64,000 nt of DNA from a virus: positions 1 through 64,000 of IMG/VR virus record IMGVR_UViG_3300023179_000042. The stretch is one strand, 5' to 3'. Each line of letters opens with the position of its first letter. The stretch's first letter is position 1. Below the pieces are notes generated by a model. That model was not told where the DNA came from and ran no database searches. It worked only from the letters and a program-made list of their open reading frames with translations. This document shows, piece by piece, positions 20,261 to 31,700 of the stretch. A program made the position numbers and the translations under genes.

Positions 20261-22291
20261 TTAAAATCCTGTTAATTGTAACCAAAACTTTGATCCGCCG
20301 TCGTCAATCCACTGAAGTTCAACTCCGTATGTTGGGTCGATCCAAAAATCTCCTACTCGTGGATTAGCAGGACTTGTGGTGCTCACCGTAATTATTGGAG
20401 TATATACTAAATTATTTTCAGAAGGATTGCCGCTAACCGGGCTGTAAATTCCTTTGGCCACATAAGCTCCACCGGCAATCTGAACAGACTGCACATTTGT
20501 TGTTCCGGTAGATGTGTTGCTTAGTGTACTTGTTACTGTCAATTGCGGCGCTGTTACAACACCTGTTGCGCCATTAAATGATAATGTAGAGGTGCTTAAA
20601 ATTCTACTATCACTACCGATATATTGTGTTAGGCCAAAATAATAAGTTTGATTAGTGGCTGTATCAATAATTAAAAATGTACTGGTTGTTCCTAAGCCAC
20701 TTGCTCCAGGACCAACAATTCTTCCGCCGACATATAAATCTTGACCAATACCGACACCGCCTGCTACAACAATGTCGCCGGTAGTGGTAGATGTTGAATT
20801 AGTTGAGCTTGTAAATATGGCCTGCCCGGTAACTGTTAAATTGGTTGTGGTGATTTGATTAGCGGCGATGCCACCTTGTCCTGCTCCGCCGACGCCGCCA
20901 ACAGTTAGACTGCCTCCAATATTTAAATTTCCACCAATACCAACGCCACCTGTAACAGTAAGAGCACCGGTTGTAGTCGATGTAGATTCTGTGCCGTTGG
21001 TAAATCTGCCAAGGCCTGCTACTCCTAAATTACCAACAATGTTTGTAATACCGCCAATAAACAAATTATCGCTTATGCCAACACCACCGTTAACAACCAA
21101 CGATCCTTCGTACGGACTTAATGTATTTGTACCGTCGCCAACTTTAAGGTCGGTAGTGATAAATGTAGTTCCTGTTCCGTCATAGTAAAAAATAGAACCA
21201 ATGTTTACTTGATTATCAACGCCGTCTTGTAGGTATGTACCGTGTATAGAAATATTGTTGTTACCGCGAGTCATGTAGTTGGCCACGTTATGGCCAATAA
21301 ACACATTACCGCTTCCTGTGGTTAGCGCAGTTCCGGCGTGATCACCAAAAAAGAAATTTTGGTCGCCATCGATTAAATTACAGCCGGCTTCGGTACCTAA
21401 GGCAAAATTACTGCTTCTTAGTAATACTCTGGTAACAGTTCCGTCGCTTACATATGGAGTAAAACTGGTGCCGTCAATTTGCTCATTTAAAATATCGTCA
21501 GCATATAAAACAAAATTATCTTCGTCAACAAAATCTACATAATAATATGCATCATTAATCTCTGTTGTTCCAACGATTCCTGTGATGTTTACATAAGTTC
21601 CGGTAGTAAATCCATGACCGGGTGCTGTTACAGTAACGGTACTTCCAAGTGTAACATTGGTAATTGTGTTGATGTAGGTTAACGGAGTAGTTCCAACTTT
21701 GGCCAATGCGTGATCGCCAATAGCAATGCTATTTGTTACAAATGTTCCGCTATATAGAGCATAACTTCCAATGGCTATGTTTTTATTTGAAGTTGTTAGA
21801 CCGTAGCGTAGAGCACTACGACCAATAACAATAGTATTTTGACCTTCAGCAAAATCATTTGGAGTAGGTTGAGCATCAGCAGTAATAACAATGTTATTAT
21901 AACCTTTAAATCCTTGACCAATAGTTAATCCGTTAACAATAATATCATCTCGGACATACATATTACGGTCAATGCCCACACCACCGAGAACAACAAAAGC
22001 TCCGCTAGTTGTACCCGTAGATACATTTGTTCTTGAAACAACAACGTGTGCTGTACCTGTACCAGTTAAAACTAAATTTGTGTTTGTTAAATTAACAAAC
22101 ATTTCACCTTTGTAATGAACAATATTACCTAAACTATTAGTGGTTGTTGTAATAAATTTGTTATTGGTGCTAATTGTATAACCAGTAGTTTGATCAAAGT
22201 CAGGTGGAAACTGTGGCTGACTTTGATTCAGCTGAATATAGGTATTGCTACCTCCTGATCTTAGTGTTTGTCCACTTAATAACTTTGGCAT
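20261..22291 (-). CDS. Fibre/structural protein (676 aa) with adhesin-like NxAIG repeats and an FCCH-like beta domain
   Basis: NTIVIG/NIAIGSYAL/SIAIGDHAL/NFALG/NVFIG repeats resemble trimeric adhesin heads. ITNVT...VTAPGHGFTTGTYVNITGIVGTTEIN...YYVDFVDEDNFVLY is FCCH-like. The C-terminus has a PRVGDFWID...W motif. Confidence 0.65.
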   Translation of the reverse strand: MPKLLSGQTLRSGGSNTYIQLNQSQPQFPPDFDQTTGYTISTNNKFITTTTNSLGNIVHYKGEMFVNLTNTNLVLTGTGTAHVVVSRTNVSTGTTSGAFVVLGGVGIDRNMYVRDDIIVNGLTIGQGFKGYNNIVITADAQPTPNDFAEGQNTIVIGRSALRYGLTTSNKNIAIGSYALYSGTFVTNSIAIGDHALAKVGTTPLTYINTITNVTLGSTVTVTAPGHGFTTGTYVNITGIVGTTEINDAYYYVDFVDEDNFVLYADDILNEQIDGTSFTPYVSDGTVTRVLLRSSNFALGTEAGCNLIDGDQNFFFGDHAGTALTTGSGNVFIGHNVANYMTRGNNNISIHGTYLQDGVDNQVNIGSIFYYDGTGTTFITTDLKVGDGTNTLSPYEGSLVVNGGVGISDNLFIGGITNIVGNLGVAGLGRFTNGTESTSTTTGALTVTGGVGIGGNLNIGGSLTVGGVGGAGQGGIAANQITTTNLTVTGQAIFTSSTNSTSTTTGDIVVAGGVGIGQDLYVGGRIVGPGASGLGTTSTFLIIDTATNQTYYFGLTQYIGSDSRILSTSTLSFNGATGVVTAPQLTVTSTLSNTSTGTTNVQSVQIAGGAYVAKGIYSPVSGNPSENNLVYTPIITVSTTSPANPRVGDFWIDPTYGVELQWIDDGGSKFWLQLTGF

Positions 22292-22309
22292 AATTACTCT
22301 CTATATATT

Positions 22310-22699
22310 TTACTGGTTAGCTGATTCAAGAATACTCAATGTAATCTGCATACTCGAACTTGTGCTCGAATAGCATCTAACACTGTCTAACTCTTCGATA
22401 ATTAATTTTCCTGTTATAGGATTAAATGCGTCATTGGTTGGTACTCCAAAATCTTTTACAAGATAGGTATCAAAATTTCCAGGTTGAGCACCATTGCCTT
22501 GAGCATCAGCTAACACCTGCCTATTTCTATGATGTATAAAAGTTACATTCTGCGTTGATGTCGAATAATTAGCAATTTGTGCCATTAGCACAATAGCTGT
22601 GGTTCCGACGGGAGCAGTATATACAGTAGCAGATGTGCCAGTGTTAGTCTGTAAATTTGCTGTTTTTGTCTTAAACGTGTTTAATGGAATCAATGCCAT
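22310..22699 (-). CDS. Conserved hypothetical structural protein (129 aa)
   Basis: LNTFKTKT...VYTAPVGTTAIVLMAQIAN...GKLIIEELD...LSILESAN. Beta-rich and tightly packed in the fibre operon. Confidence 0.7.
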   Translation of the reverse strand: MALIPLNTFKTKTANLQTNTGTSATVYTAPVGTTAIVLMAQIANYSTSTQNVTFIHHRNRQVLADAQGNGAQPGNFDTYLVKDFGVPTNDAFNPITGKLIIEELDSVRCYSSTSSSMQITLSILESANQ

Positions 22700-22711
22700 A
22701 ATATTTCCTTT

Positions 22712-25700
22712 TTATACTCCGCCGCCCTCAATCGCTAAGATGAACGGAGTCAAATTAGCAAATAGCGATTTAGTAAATGTTCTACCACTTAGTACACCAG
22801 TGGCTTGACTAATTACCAATCCCGGACCAATACGGAAGTCACCGTTTTGGTCGGTGCTGGTAAAGAATACCTTACCACCGCTTAATTGTACAGTTTCTTT
22901 TCCTTGTACAGGATCGGCATAACCTACCTGCGGTAAAGCACCATATGTAATACCTGCTCCGACATATTCAAATACATAACCAGAAGCACTAATATATGAA
23001 CGCTGATAGAAGTTAACCAAACAGCTATCTGGGAATAGGTCTGTTCTTCTTACATTTTCACCAAGTTGTACTAGATGATGTGTTCCGTTCCTTGACCAGT
23101 AGCTTAATCCGTTCATCACGCTATTGTAGCGTCCTCCTGATTCGAGGTCATAAATTAATCTTCTTAGTAGTAATTTAACATCTCGTCGGCATTTATCATC
23201 GTCGTAAGTGAACGAACGAGTAAAGTTAACATCAATAAATGTAATGACATTTTCTATCAGTGTTGCTCTATTTGCCTGTAGTGCTGCTACAGCTACCTGA
23301 ACAGTTGGAGCGGTCCATGTTATATCTGGATTAACCAGTGTTGGTAAGTTATCAAGATTTCCAGCTGTAATAGCATTAATTGTAATGTTCAATAAGCCGT
23401 CAAGTAAAGTAGCTTCAAGTGTTGAAGCGTAAGCACCACCTGTATCTTGACTTATAGTATTTCCAGGTGATACAGTTACAGGAACTCCCTGAACAACCTG
23501 CTGGACAACAATTGACAATCTTTGATAAGCTTCAACAGTTTGTGAAGATTCGCCTGGAATTGTACTAACTGCGAATGAAAAATATGCCTTAGCACAATTT
23601 AAACTAGCAGAGTTTCCGCCGTAGAGTACATCATAACATAAAGCATCAATAATGTAACCTACATCTCTGGAACACTTTGCCGAATCATAAGTAAATCCGT
23701 TAAAGTCCCCAATATCGCCATCAATCTGAGCTTGAATCCAATTGATAATTTCTTCTTGAATAAATGCTTTATTTGCTATAAGTTGATCTTTTGCGTAGAT
23801 AACATTAGTGTTAGTTGTTACCGGATCAGTAAATGTTACCAGTGACGGATCATTTCCTTCAATGATGCTGTTTAATTCGACATACGAAGTAGTAGCTCTA
23901 TTTTTTGCTACAGTACTTGCAGTCATAATTTCTTCAGATCTATTTTTTAAGTAACGGTATGCTTCTAGTGTTTGAGGCAATTCGTTAGCAATAACAACTT
24001 GAGAACTGGCTATCCCTCGTCGATAAGCATTACCACAAGTAATAGCATTAAAATTAGTACCTAATGCCGAATCATAAGAAATACCATCAATTATATAACC
24101 AGTATCTCTACGACAAATATTTCTATCATAGCTAAATCCACCGGCAAAAGTATTGTCAATATAATCAATAGTATCATTGACAATTGTATCTTGATCTGCT
24201 TCAAGTTGAATTACAGCATTTTGAAGGCCAGCTGCTGCCCAGGTAATATCTGGGTAAACAACAGCTGGCAACCCGGTCAACGATCCTGCTTCAATTACAT
24301 CTGTAATTGTTTGAACAAGTGTATCTAAAGTTGATGCTTCTGTAGCACTAGCAAACGATCCTTCTAAACTTTGAGTGTATGTATTGCCACTAGATCTAGT
24401 TACAATTTGTCCTCGAATAATTTGTTGAGCAATTGTGCTCAAATGGTTATACGCGGCAACAGTTTGTGAAGATTCGCCTGGAATAGTACTTACGGCAAAT
24501 GTAAAGTATGCTCGGGCACAAATATCAGTTGCGCTGTTTCCACCATAAAGTATATCGTAGCAAAGAGCATCTACAATAAACCCAACATCTCTAAAGCATT
24601 TTTCTTCACTATAAGTAAAGCTTCTCCAAATGCCTAGCCCGCTATCAATTTGATCTTGTATCCATCCAGTAACTTCTGCTTGAATAAATGTTTTATTTGT
24701 TTGAAGTTGATCTTTAGCATTAAGTTCGTTAGCATTACCGCCAGTTGGATTTGTAAATGTAACAGTTGGAATATTACCGCTGTCAATAATTTCAATTAAA
24801 TTATCGTAAGCAGTATTAGCTCTATCAACGGCTGTATTATCAATATTTAAAGAAATGGCAGATTGATCTTTAATAAATCTTATGGCTTCTAATGTCTGAA
24901 CCAATTCAGTTGAAGTAACCATCTGACTTGATGGAATACCTCTGCGATATGCTAATCCCGATGCTACTGTATTATAGTTTGTACCAAGAACCACATCGTA
25001 TATTGTACCGGTAATAATGTAATTACTATCTCTGCGGCAAATATTTCGATCATAATCAAACGGTGTTTGGTTATTTGTAACTTGTACATAAGCACTAACT
25101 TCAGAAGCTAAGAAATCTAGGTTGGCTTCAATTAAAGTGATAGCACTTCCTGCTCCTTGCGGAATAGTACCTGTTTTGGTTCTTAAAGAACTTGGGAACA
25201 ATGCTTCAGCTTCGGCACTTGTAGTTGGTTCGCCAATAATACGATTAGTTTCACTAAATCTTAGATCAATAAATGGTGCTGCTTGCCCGCCACCTGTAAC
25301 CAATGGTTTAAACACCTGCGGAGTTATAGTTGGGAATACTAATTCTTGATATAATCCTAGCTCGGCAGATACATCACGATTAGCTATCACCAAATCAGTT
25401 AAGGTATTCAAATATTGAATAGCCGCTATGTGAGCCGCAACTTGATCAGTTACAGTATTTGCCAACGATAAAATATTTGTTCCGGTATTTCTTGGATTAT
25501 CTGCAACGGTACTGCTTAATACTGTGTAATAAGCCTTGCCGCAGAAATACAAATTATAAAAATTTGGATTGGTTGGGTCTCCACCACCGGAAGTCAAAGG
25601 TGTATTTAAAGTAACGGTTTTGTAGCTTACATCAGTTACAAATGTTGATCCTGTTGTGACTATTTCAACCCCGTCGCCGCCTTTGGTACTGTTATTAATA

Positions 25701-28700
25701 TCGCGTATATAGATATAATCACCAATATTGATACCGTCTGTGTCGCTGACAGTTATTGTTATAGAACCTGTAGTTAGAGTACCTGTATTTGGAGCAGCAT
25801 TTAAGAAGTAAGGTAAGTTTTGTTCATTGGTGTGACCTTCGTCGGGCTCAACTTCCATAATTAAGGAAATATGAGGTCTATCAATTGTATCAGGTAAGAA
25901 AACCTGAACCTGAGCATTATTTGGCCAGAAACCATTTGGATAGTACTGGTCTAGACCATTTGGTCCGGGACTCTTAGGATAGGCAACGTAAGGTGGGTTA
26001 TAAATTGTACCACTAAACGCACGTTTACCAAAACCTTTAGCCTGTAAACAAATATCTCCAAAGTTGGCGTTACTGTTAACAATAGAAGCGATACCACCGT
26101 TATCAACTTGTACACCAATTGAGCAGAAAATTGTGAACACAGAAACTAGCTGAGCATAACCGTTATTGGTAATTTTAACTCCGTGTCCACCTTGAGTAAC
26201 CTGTGTAAAGGCGTCATAAACAAACGATTGAATTGGACTACGATCGCTAATATTTGCGCCGTCAACAAGACTACCACCCATACCACCAATTGGGTCAATC
26301 TTACGACCGTTCCAAGTGCTCGTACTGCCTGAGTACTCATAGCTTAGTTGTTCAACTTGTTGATCATTTAACGGGTAAGTCGGAACTTCTCCTAGATATA
26401 TCACTGAGTCGACACCAAAACCAACTGTAGAAGTGTTAATACCAACCCTATAAACATCTTGGTCAAGTTTAACCACACTTGTAACTCTTGGAGGAATTCT
26501 TACATCGTCGGCTAATTGTCCGGTGGCTGCGTAAATCGATCCTCCTTGATAGAGAGGAGGAACTACCGGAAGTCCGTTTTCAATAATATTTGTAATAATA
26601 AAAAAGTTACGGCGTATTGCCTGGCGAGGCATATAATCACCACCATATTGGAAATATGGATTAATAACTTGTTTCACAGTTGTGCCGGTAATTACATCTA
26701 CTGGTTCATTACCTACAATTTTTAGAGCAATATCTCTAGCATAATTTAATGCCAATGTAGTTGTTGATTCTTGTCCAGCAACATGATTATAACCTTCATT
26801 CCAGTACGATACGCCAGCTTCGATGGATTTGCTATTGCCTCCGACAAGTATGTCTTGGCTGACCGCATCAATAATTAATCCAGTATCTCTGTAGCATAAC
26901 TCTTCGTTGTACTGGAAAGAATTTGGATTGTACTTAGCATCAATATATTCAATTACTTCAGCTTTTAAGAACTCTGTATTGGCTTTTAAAATTTCATAAG
27001 CATTGTATACATTTGTTAAAGTCGAAGCTGTTAGTGAAATTGGACTCAAAGGTGCTGCTACCGTTGGACCATTATTGATAATATTGGTCAATGTAGCTAG
27101 TAGTCTAATAACTTCTGCTCCTTCTGCTGCCGATGCTGGTGTAATTGAAGTATTTTGTTTATAGACAGTTTGGTAAGTAGCAGTAACAACAATATTTTGT
27201 ACAACTTGACTTGCTAATGCTGCTAATCGATTAAACGCATCGATGGTTTGCGGAATTTCAGTTGGTATTGCTGATTGATTACCATCTACTCCGTAATAAT
27301 ATAGACCGCTTTGTACAGCTTGTTTATTACCACCGTGAATTAAGTCAAAAGAAATACTGTCAATTATATAACCAACATCTCTAGCACAGGTGCTGGTGCT
27401 ATAAACAAAACCGGGTAATGTGGTTTGAATATAAGCATTAATTTCATCTGCTAGGTATTGTTTATTAGCTGCTAAAAGAGCTACAGCATTGTATACTCCA
27501 GTCAAGTTGCTTGCTTCACCATTGGCTTCAATTCTATCGGTCCATCCTAGTGTATCGCCTTCAAGGATACCAATTAAAACATCAAAATCTTTTGAGATAA
27601 ATGCTGCTTCATCGATTGTAGCTGCTTCTAAAGTTGTTACCTGTATTGTTGCTGTTTGGTATCTTGGTACCAAATCAACAGTTGGAGTAATGTTTTGAAT
27701 AACTTTAACAGCAGTATCTTTTAGATATTTTACAGCTGAAATTGTTTGATTAATTTCTTCTTTAATAATTGGAGTAATATAATCGCTTTGATTCCAATAT
27801 TGAATACCAGCAAACGTTGTTTGACTTGTACCTGTAGTTGGATATAATAAATCTAACGAAACAGCTTCAAGTACACGACCAATATCACGAGCACATTTTA
27901 CTTCACTATATGGAAATTGTTTTTGCGACAAGTTCCAATTGATGTAGTTAATTGTTTGTTGCTGAATAAACTGTCTGTTAGCCTGCATTAAAGTTTCAGC
28001 ACTAACAAAGGCCGCATCAGGACCTGGGCTTACATAGATCTTAGGAGCAGCATCTGTACCATTGCTAATGATGTTTGTAATGATATTAAAATTATTATTA
28101 ATATTTCTTACTGTTGTTTCACCATTAGTTAGTACAGTATTAATTACCTGTTGATATGTTGCTCTATTGCCAAGTAAATTTGGACACACCTCATTTTTAA
28201 CAACTTTTTGGCACAGATAATTTAAGTAATCTATAGCACTTACTGTTTGAGTTTCTTGGCCGGCAATGGCGCTGACCGCACCATTATAATATGCCAAACC
28301 AGATTGAACAGATTTTTCATTTCCGCCAAATGTTGTATCGTATGATACATTTTCAACTAAAATACCAACATCTCTAAAGCACTTAGCTTTGTTATATGTA
28401 AATGTGCTTAATGTAGCATCAAGATAGGCTATTACCTCAGCAACAATAAATGTTCTATTGGCTTTTATAATATTATAAGCATGACCGACCATTTGATCGG
28501 CGTTTACATCAAGATTAATAGGTTCTTGATCAGGGGCTGCGCTTGGACCATTTCTTATAATACTTGTGATTATATCAATTTTTTGTGAAATGGCTTCAAT
28601 TTCGTAGTCAGTGGCAGGAAGTAAAGAAGTATCTTGAGGCACAACTGTTCTTGTTACCGGCACAGGTTGCGATTTCAATACTGAAACCATCAACTCTCTA

Positions 28701-31700
28701 ATGTAATTGTAAGCGGCTGTTGTAGCAGGAATTTCTTTACCTATGGATAATGTTGATTCATCACTATATCCAAAATAGTAAGCACCAGATTTAAAACTCT
28801 GTTTGTTACCACCATGTAGTAAGTCAAAAGCTACACTGTCAATCATGTAACCAAGATCTCTACGGCATTTAGTTTGGTCGTACCAGAATGCTTTAAAGGT
28901 GCCTACATAGGCAAGAACTTCTGCTTGAATAAATGCTCGGTTCGCTGCCAACACTTGAGCTGCCTGCTTTGTAAGCGGGTCAGGTGACATTATTGTAGAA
29001 ATTGGCTGTTTTGGACCAGCAACTGATGGACCGTTTTGAATTATGTCGGCGATATATTCAATTCTGTCAACAGCGTCTGTTACGTCAATTTGACTGCCGC
29101 CGTCTAATATAACTTGTGTTACAGTATTTTGATACAAGGTTGTTGTAATTTGTCGACCTTGAATAATATCTGGTAGCAATCTAGCAATATAATTGTATGC
29201 TTCAACAGTCTGAGGAATTTCATTTGCTACTGCTGTTGATGTTGAATTATATCCATAATAGTAAACACCACTTTGGATAGCCTGTTTATTTCCGCCGTAC
29301 AATAAATCAAAGCTAACGCTGTCAATCATATAACCAACATCTCGAGCGCAAGTTTCTTTATCGTATTCAAAACCAGCATTTTTTGTTGCTTCTACATAAG
29401 CAACGGCTTCGGTCTCAATATAATATTTGTTGGCCTGAAGTAATTCAAAAGCATTTACAATCGATGCTGTAGTACTTGGAACAATTCCATTAGGAATAAT
29501 TTGATTGGTAATACCTACTGTACCTGTATTTAAAATTCCTAAAATTAAATCAAATTCGGCGGCAATGGTATCCTGCTCGGTTGTAGTTCCTACTTGTAAA
29601 CTTGTTCTTTGTGTAACTGTAGATTGATATCTTGTGCCAGTTAAATCTGAAAGAATTACTTTTTGTGCTAGGCTTTTTACATAAGCAATAGCATTAGTAG
29701 TTGTTGTAATTTCACTGCCGATAGCGCCTACATAATTATTTTGATTCCAATATTGCAAACCAGCAAATGTAGATTGACTCTTTCCAGCAAACAGTAAATC
29801 TTGAACTACCGAGTCAACAATTAATCCAGTATCTCTGTAACATTTTCCGGCATCATAGATAAATGGATCTAGACCACTGTTAATATAGCTTATTGTTTGC
29901 TCAATTAGTGTTCCTTTGGCATCAACTAAAGTGTTAAAGGCAGTAACATAATTGGTTACTGTGCTAGCATCACCATTGGAAACTAAAGCATTGGTAAACC
30001 ATTCCTGGAATGATCCGTCATTTACTGTCAACGACGATGTATTAAGTATATTAACAATATCGGTAAATCTGTCAGTTACAATTTGACCAAAGGTTCCATT
30101 TGTAGCCGCAGTAACAGTACTCGCAGCAATTGTTTTGATATAATTGATAGCAGCAGTTGTTGTGGTTAATTCATTTTGAATATCACCGGTGTAATTTTTT
30201 TGACTCCAGTACTGAAGACCTGAAAATACACTTTCGCTGGTGCTGTTATATAGTAAGTCAATGGCCAGCCCGTCGACAATTAAACCTGTGTCTCGAGCAC
30301 ACTTAGTATGATCAAACTTAAATTGAGCATAGGTATTGTCAATATACAATATCATGCTAGCAATTAAACTAGTCTGAGCTGAGGTTAACGCATTAAATGA
30401 ATTTTGAATGCCGGCTGTAGCCCATGAAATACTTGGCAATGATGCGCTTGGTAGACTGTTCAAATTGCCAGCTGTAATAGCATCTGTAATAATTGAAATT
30501 AAAGATTGGCATTGGGTTGACAACACTCCACTTGATACATATATACCTAGGTCTTGTGTAATAGTTACACCAGGAGAAGCAATAATTAAATTACCTAATA
30601 CAACATTAGCAACTACTGATTTTAAATGATTAAAGGCGGCAACAGTGGCAGTTTCTTCTCCCGGAATCTGGCTAGTGGCTCCAACAAAATAAGCACGAGC
30701 ACATGCTAGTACAGATGTGTTACTACCATACAAAATATCATAACAAAGAGCATCAACAATGTAACCTACATCTCTTGCACATTTAACAGAATCATATGTA
30801 AATCCGTTATTAAACGGAGCATAGTTACCGTCAATTTGACTTTGAATCCATTGTGTTATTTCTTGCTTAATAAATTCTTTGTTGGCAATAAGTTGATTTT
30901 TTGCAGCAACATTGTAAGATTGAATGTCTGTGCCTTGTGGATCTGTAAAATATAATGCTGATGGACTATCGCCAGATAAAATATTTTCAATTTCAGCATA
31001 ACCTGCTTTAGCACGATTTACAGCAACAGTATTGCCTGCCATAATTTCTGCTGATTGATTTTTTAAATATTCAATAGCAGCAATAGTTTGAATATATTCT
31101 GTTGATGTAACCGCTTGACTACTGGTATTACCTCGTTGATAAGCATTACCAGCTGTAACACTGTTATAGTTTGTACCTAAGGCAGCATCATATCTTACTG
31201 CGTCAACAATAAAATTAGCATCTCTAATACATGTTTCTGTATTGTAGGTAAATGTTCCTCGATTAAAGGTCTGCTCAACAAATTCTACAACTTGTTCTTG
31301 TAAAAATGGTTTATTGGCCAATAAAAGTGTTCTGGCATTAAAGAAGTCGGCAGTTTGGATACCGTAGTTGATATACATGCCTTGCTCGGGAACACCTTGA
31401 GTCATTGTTAAAATGATACTTGATGTATTTGGTTCCCAATCACCTAGACCAACTGCTTTAGGCACTTGAACTGTAGCAGCAGGTAGGAACATTGTTCCGT
31501 CAATTAACCAAGGACCATTTTGATTTGTACAGTTTTGAATATATGGTGAGTGAAATAGGTCAATTCTATCAGCACCCGTCTTAGTAGGAAACGCTGTTGC
31601 GTATGCTCCGCGGTTTAGATCGGGTCTGTAAGAACCTTGTAACAGACCACTTCTACCATTGGTCATCTGCATGAACGCAAGATAGCAACCAGAGTTAACA

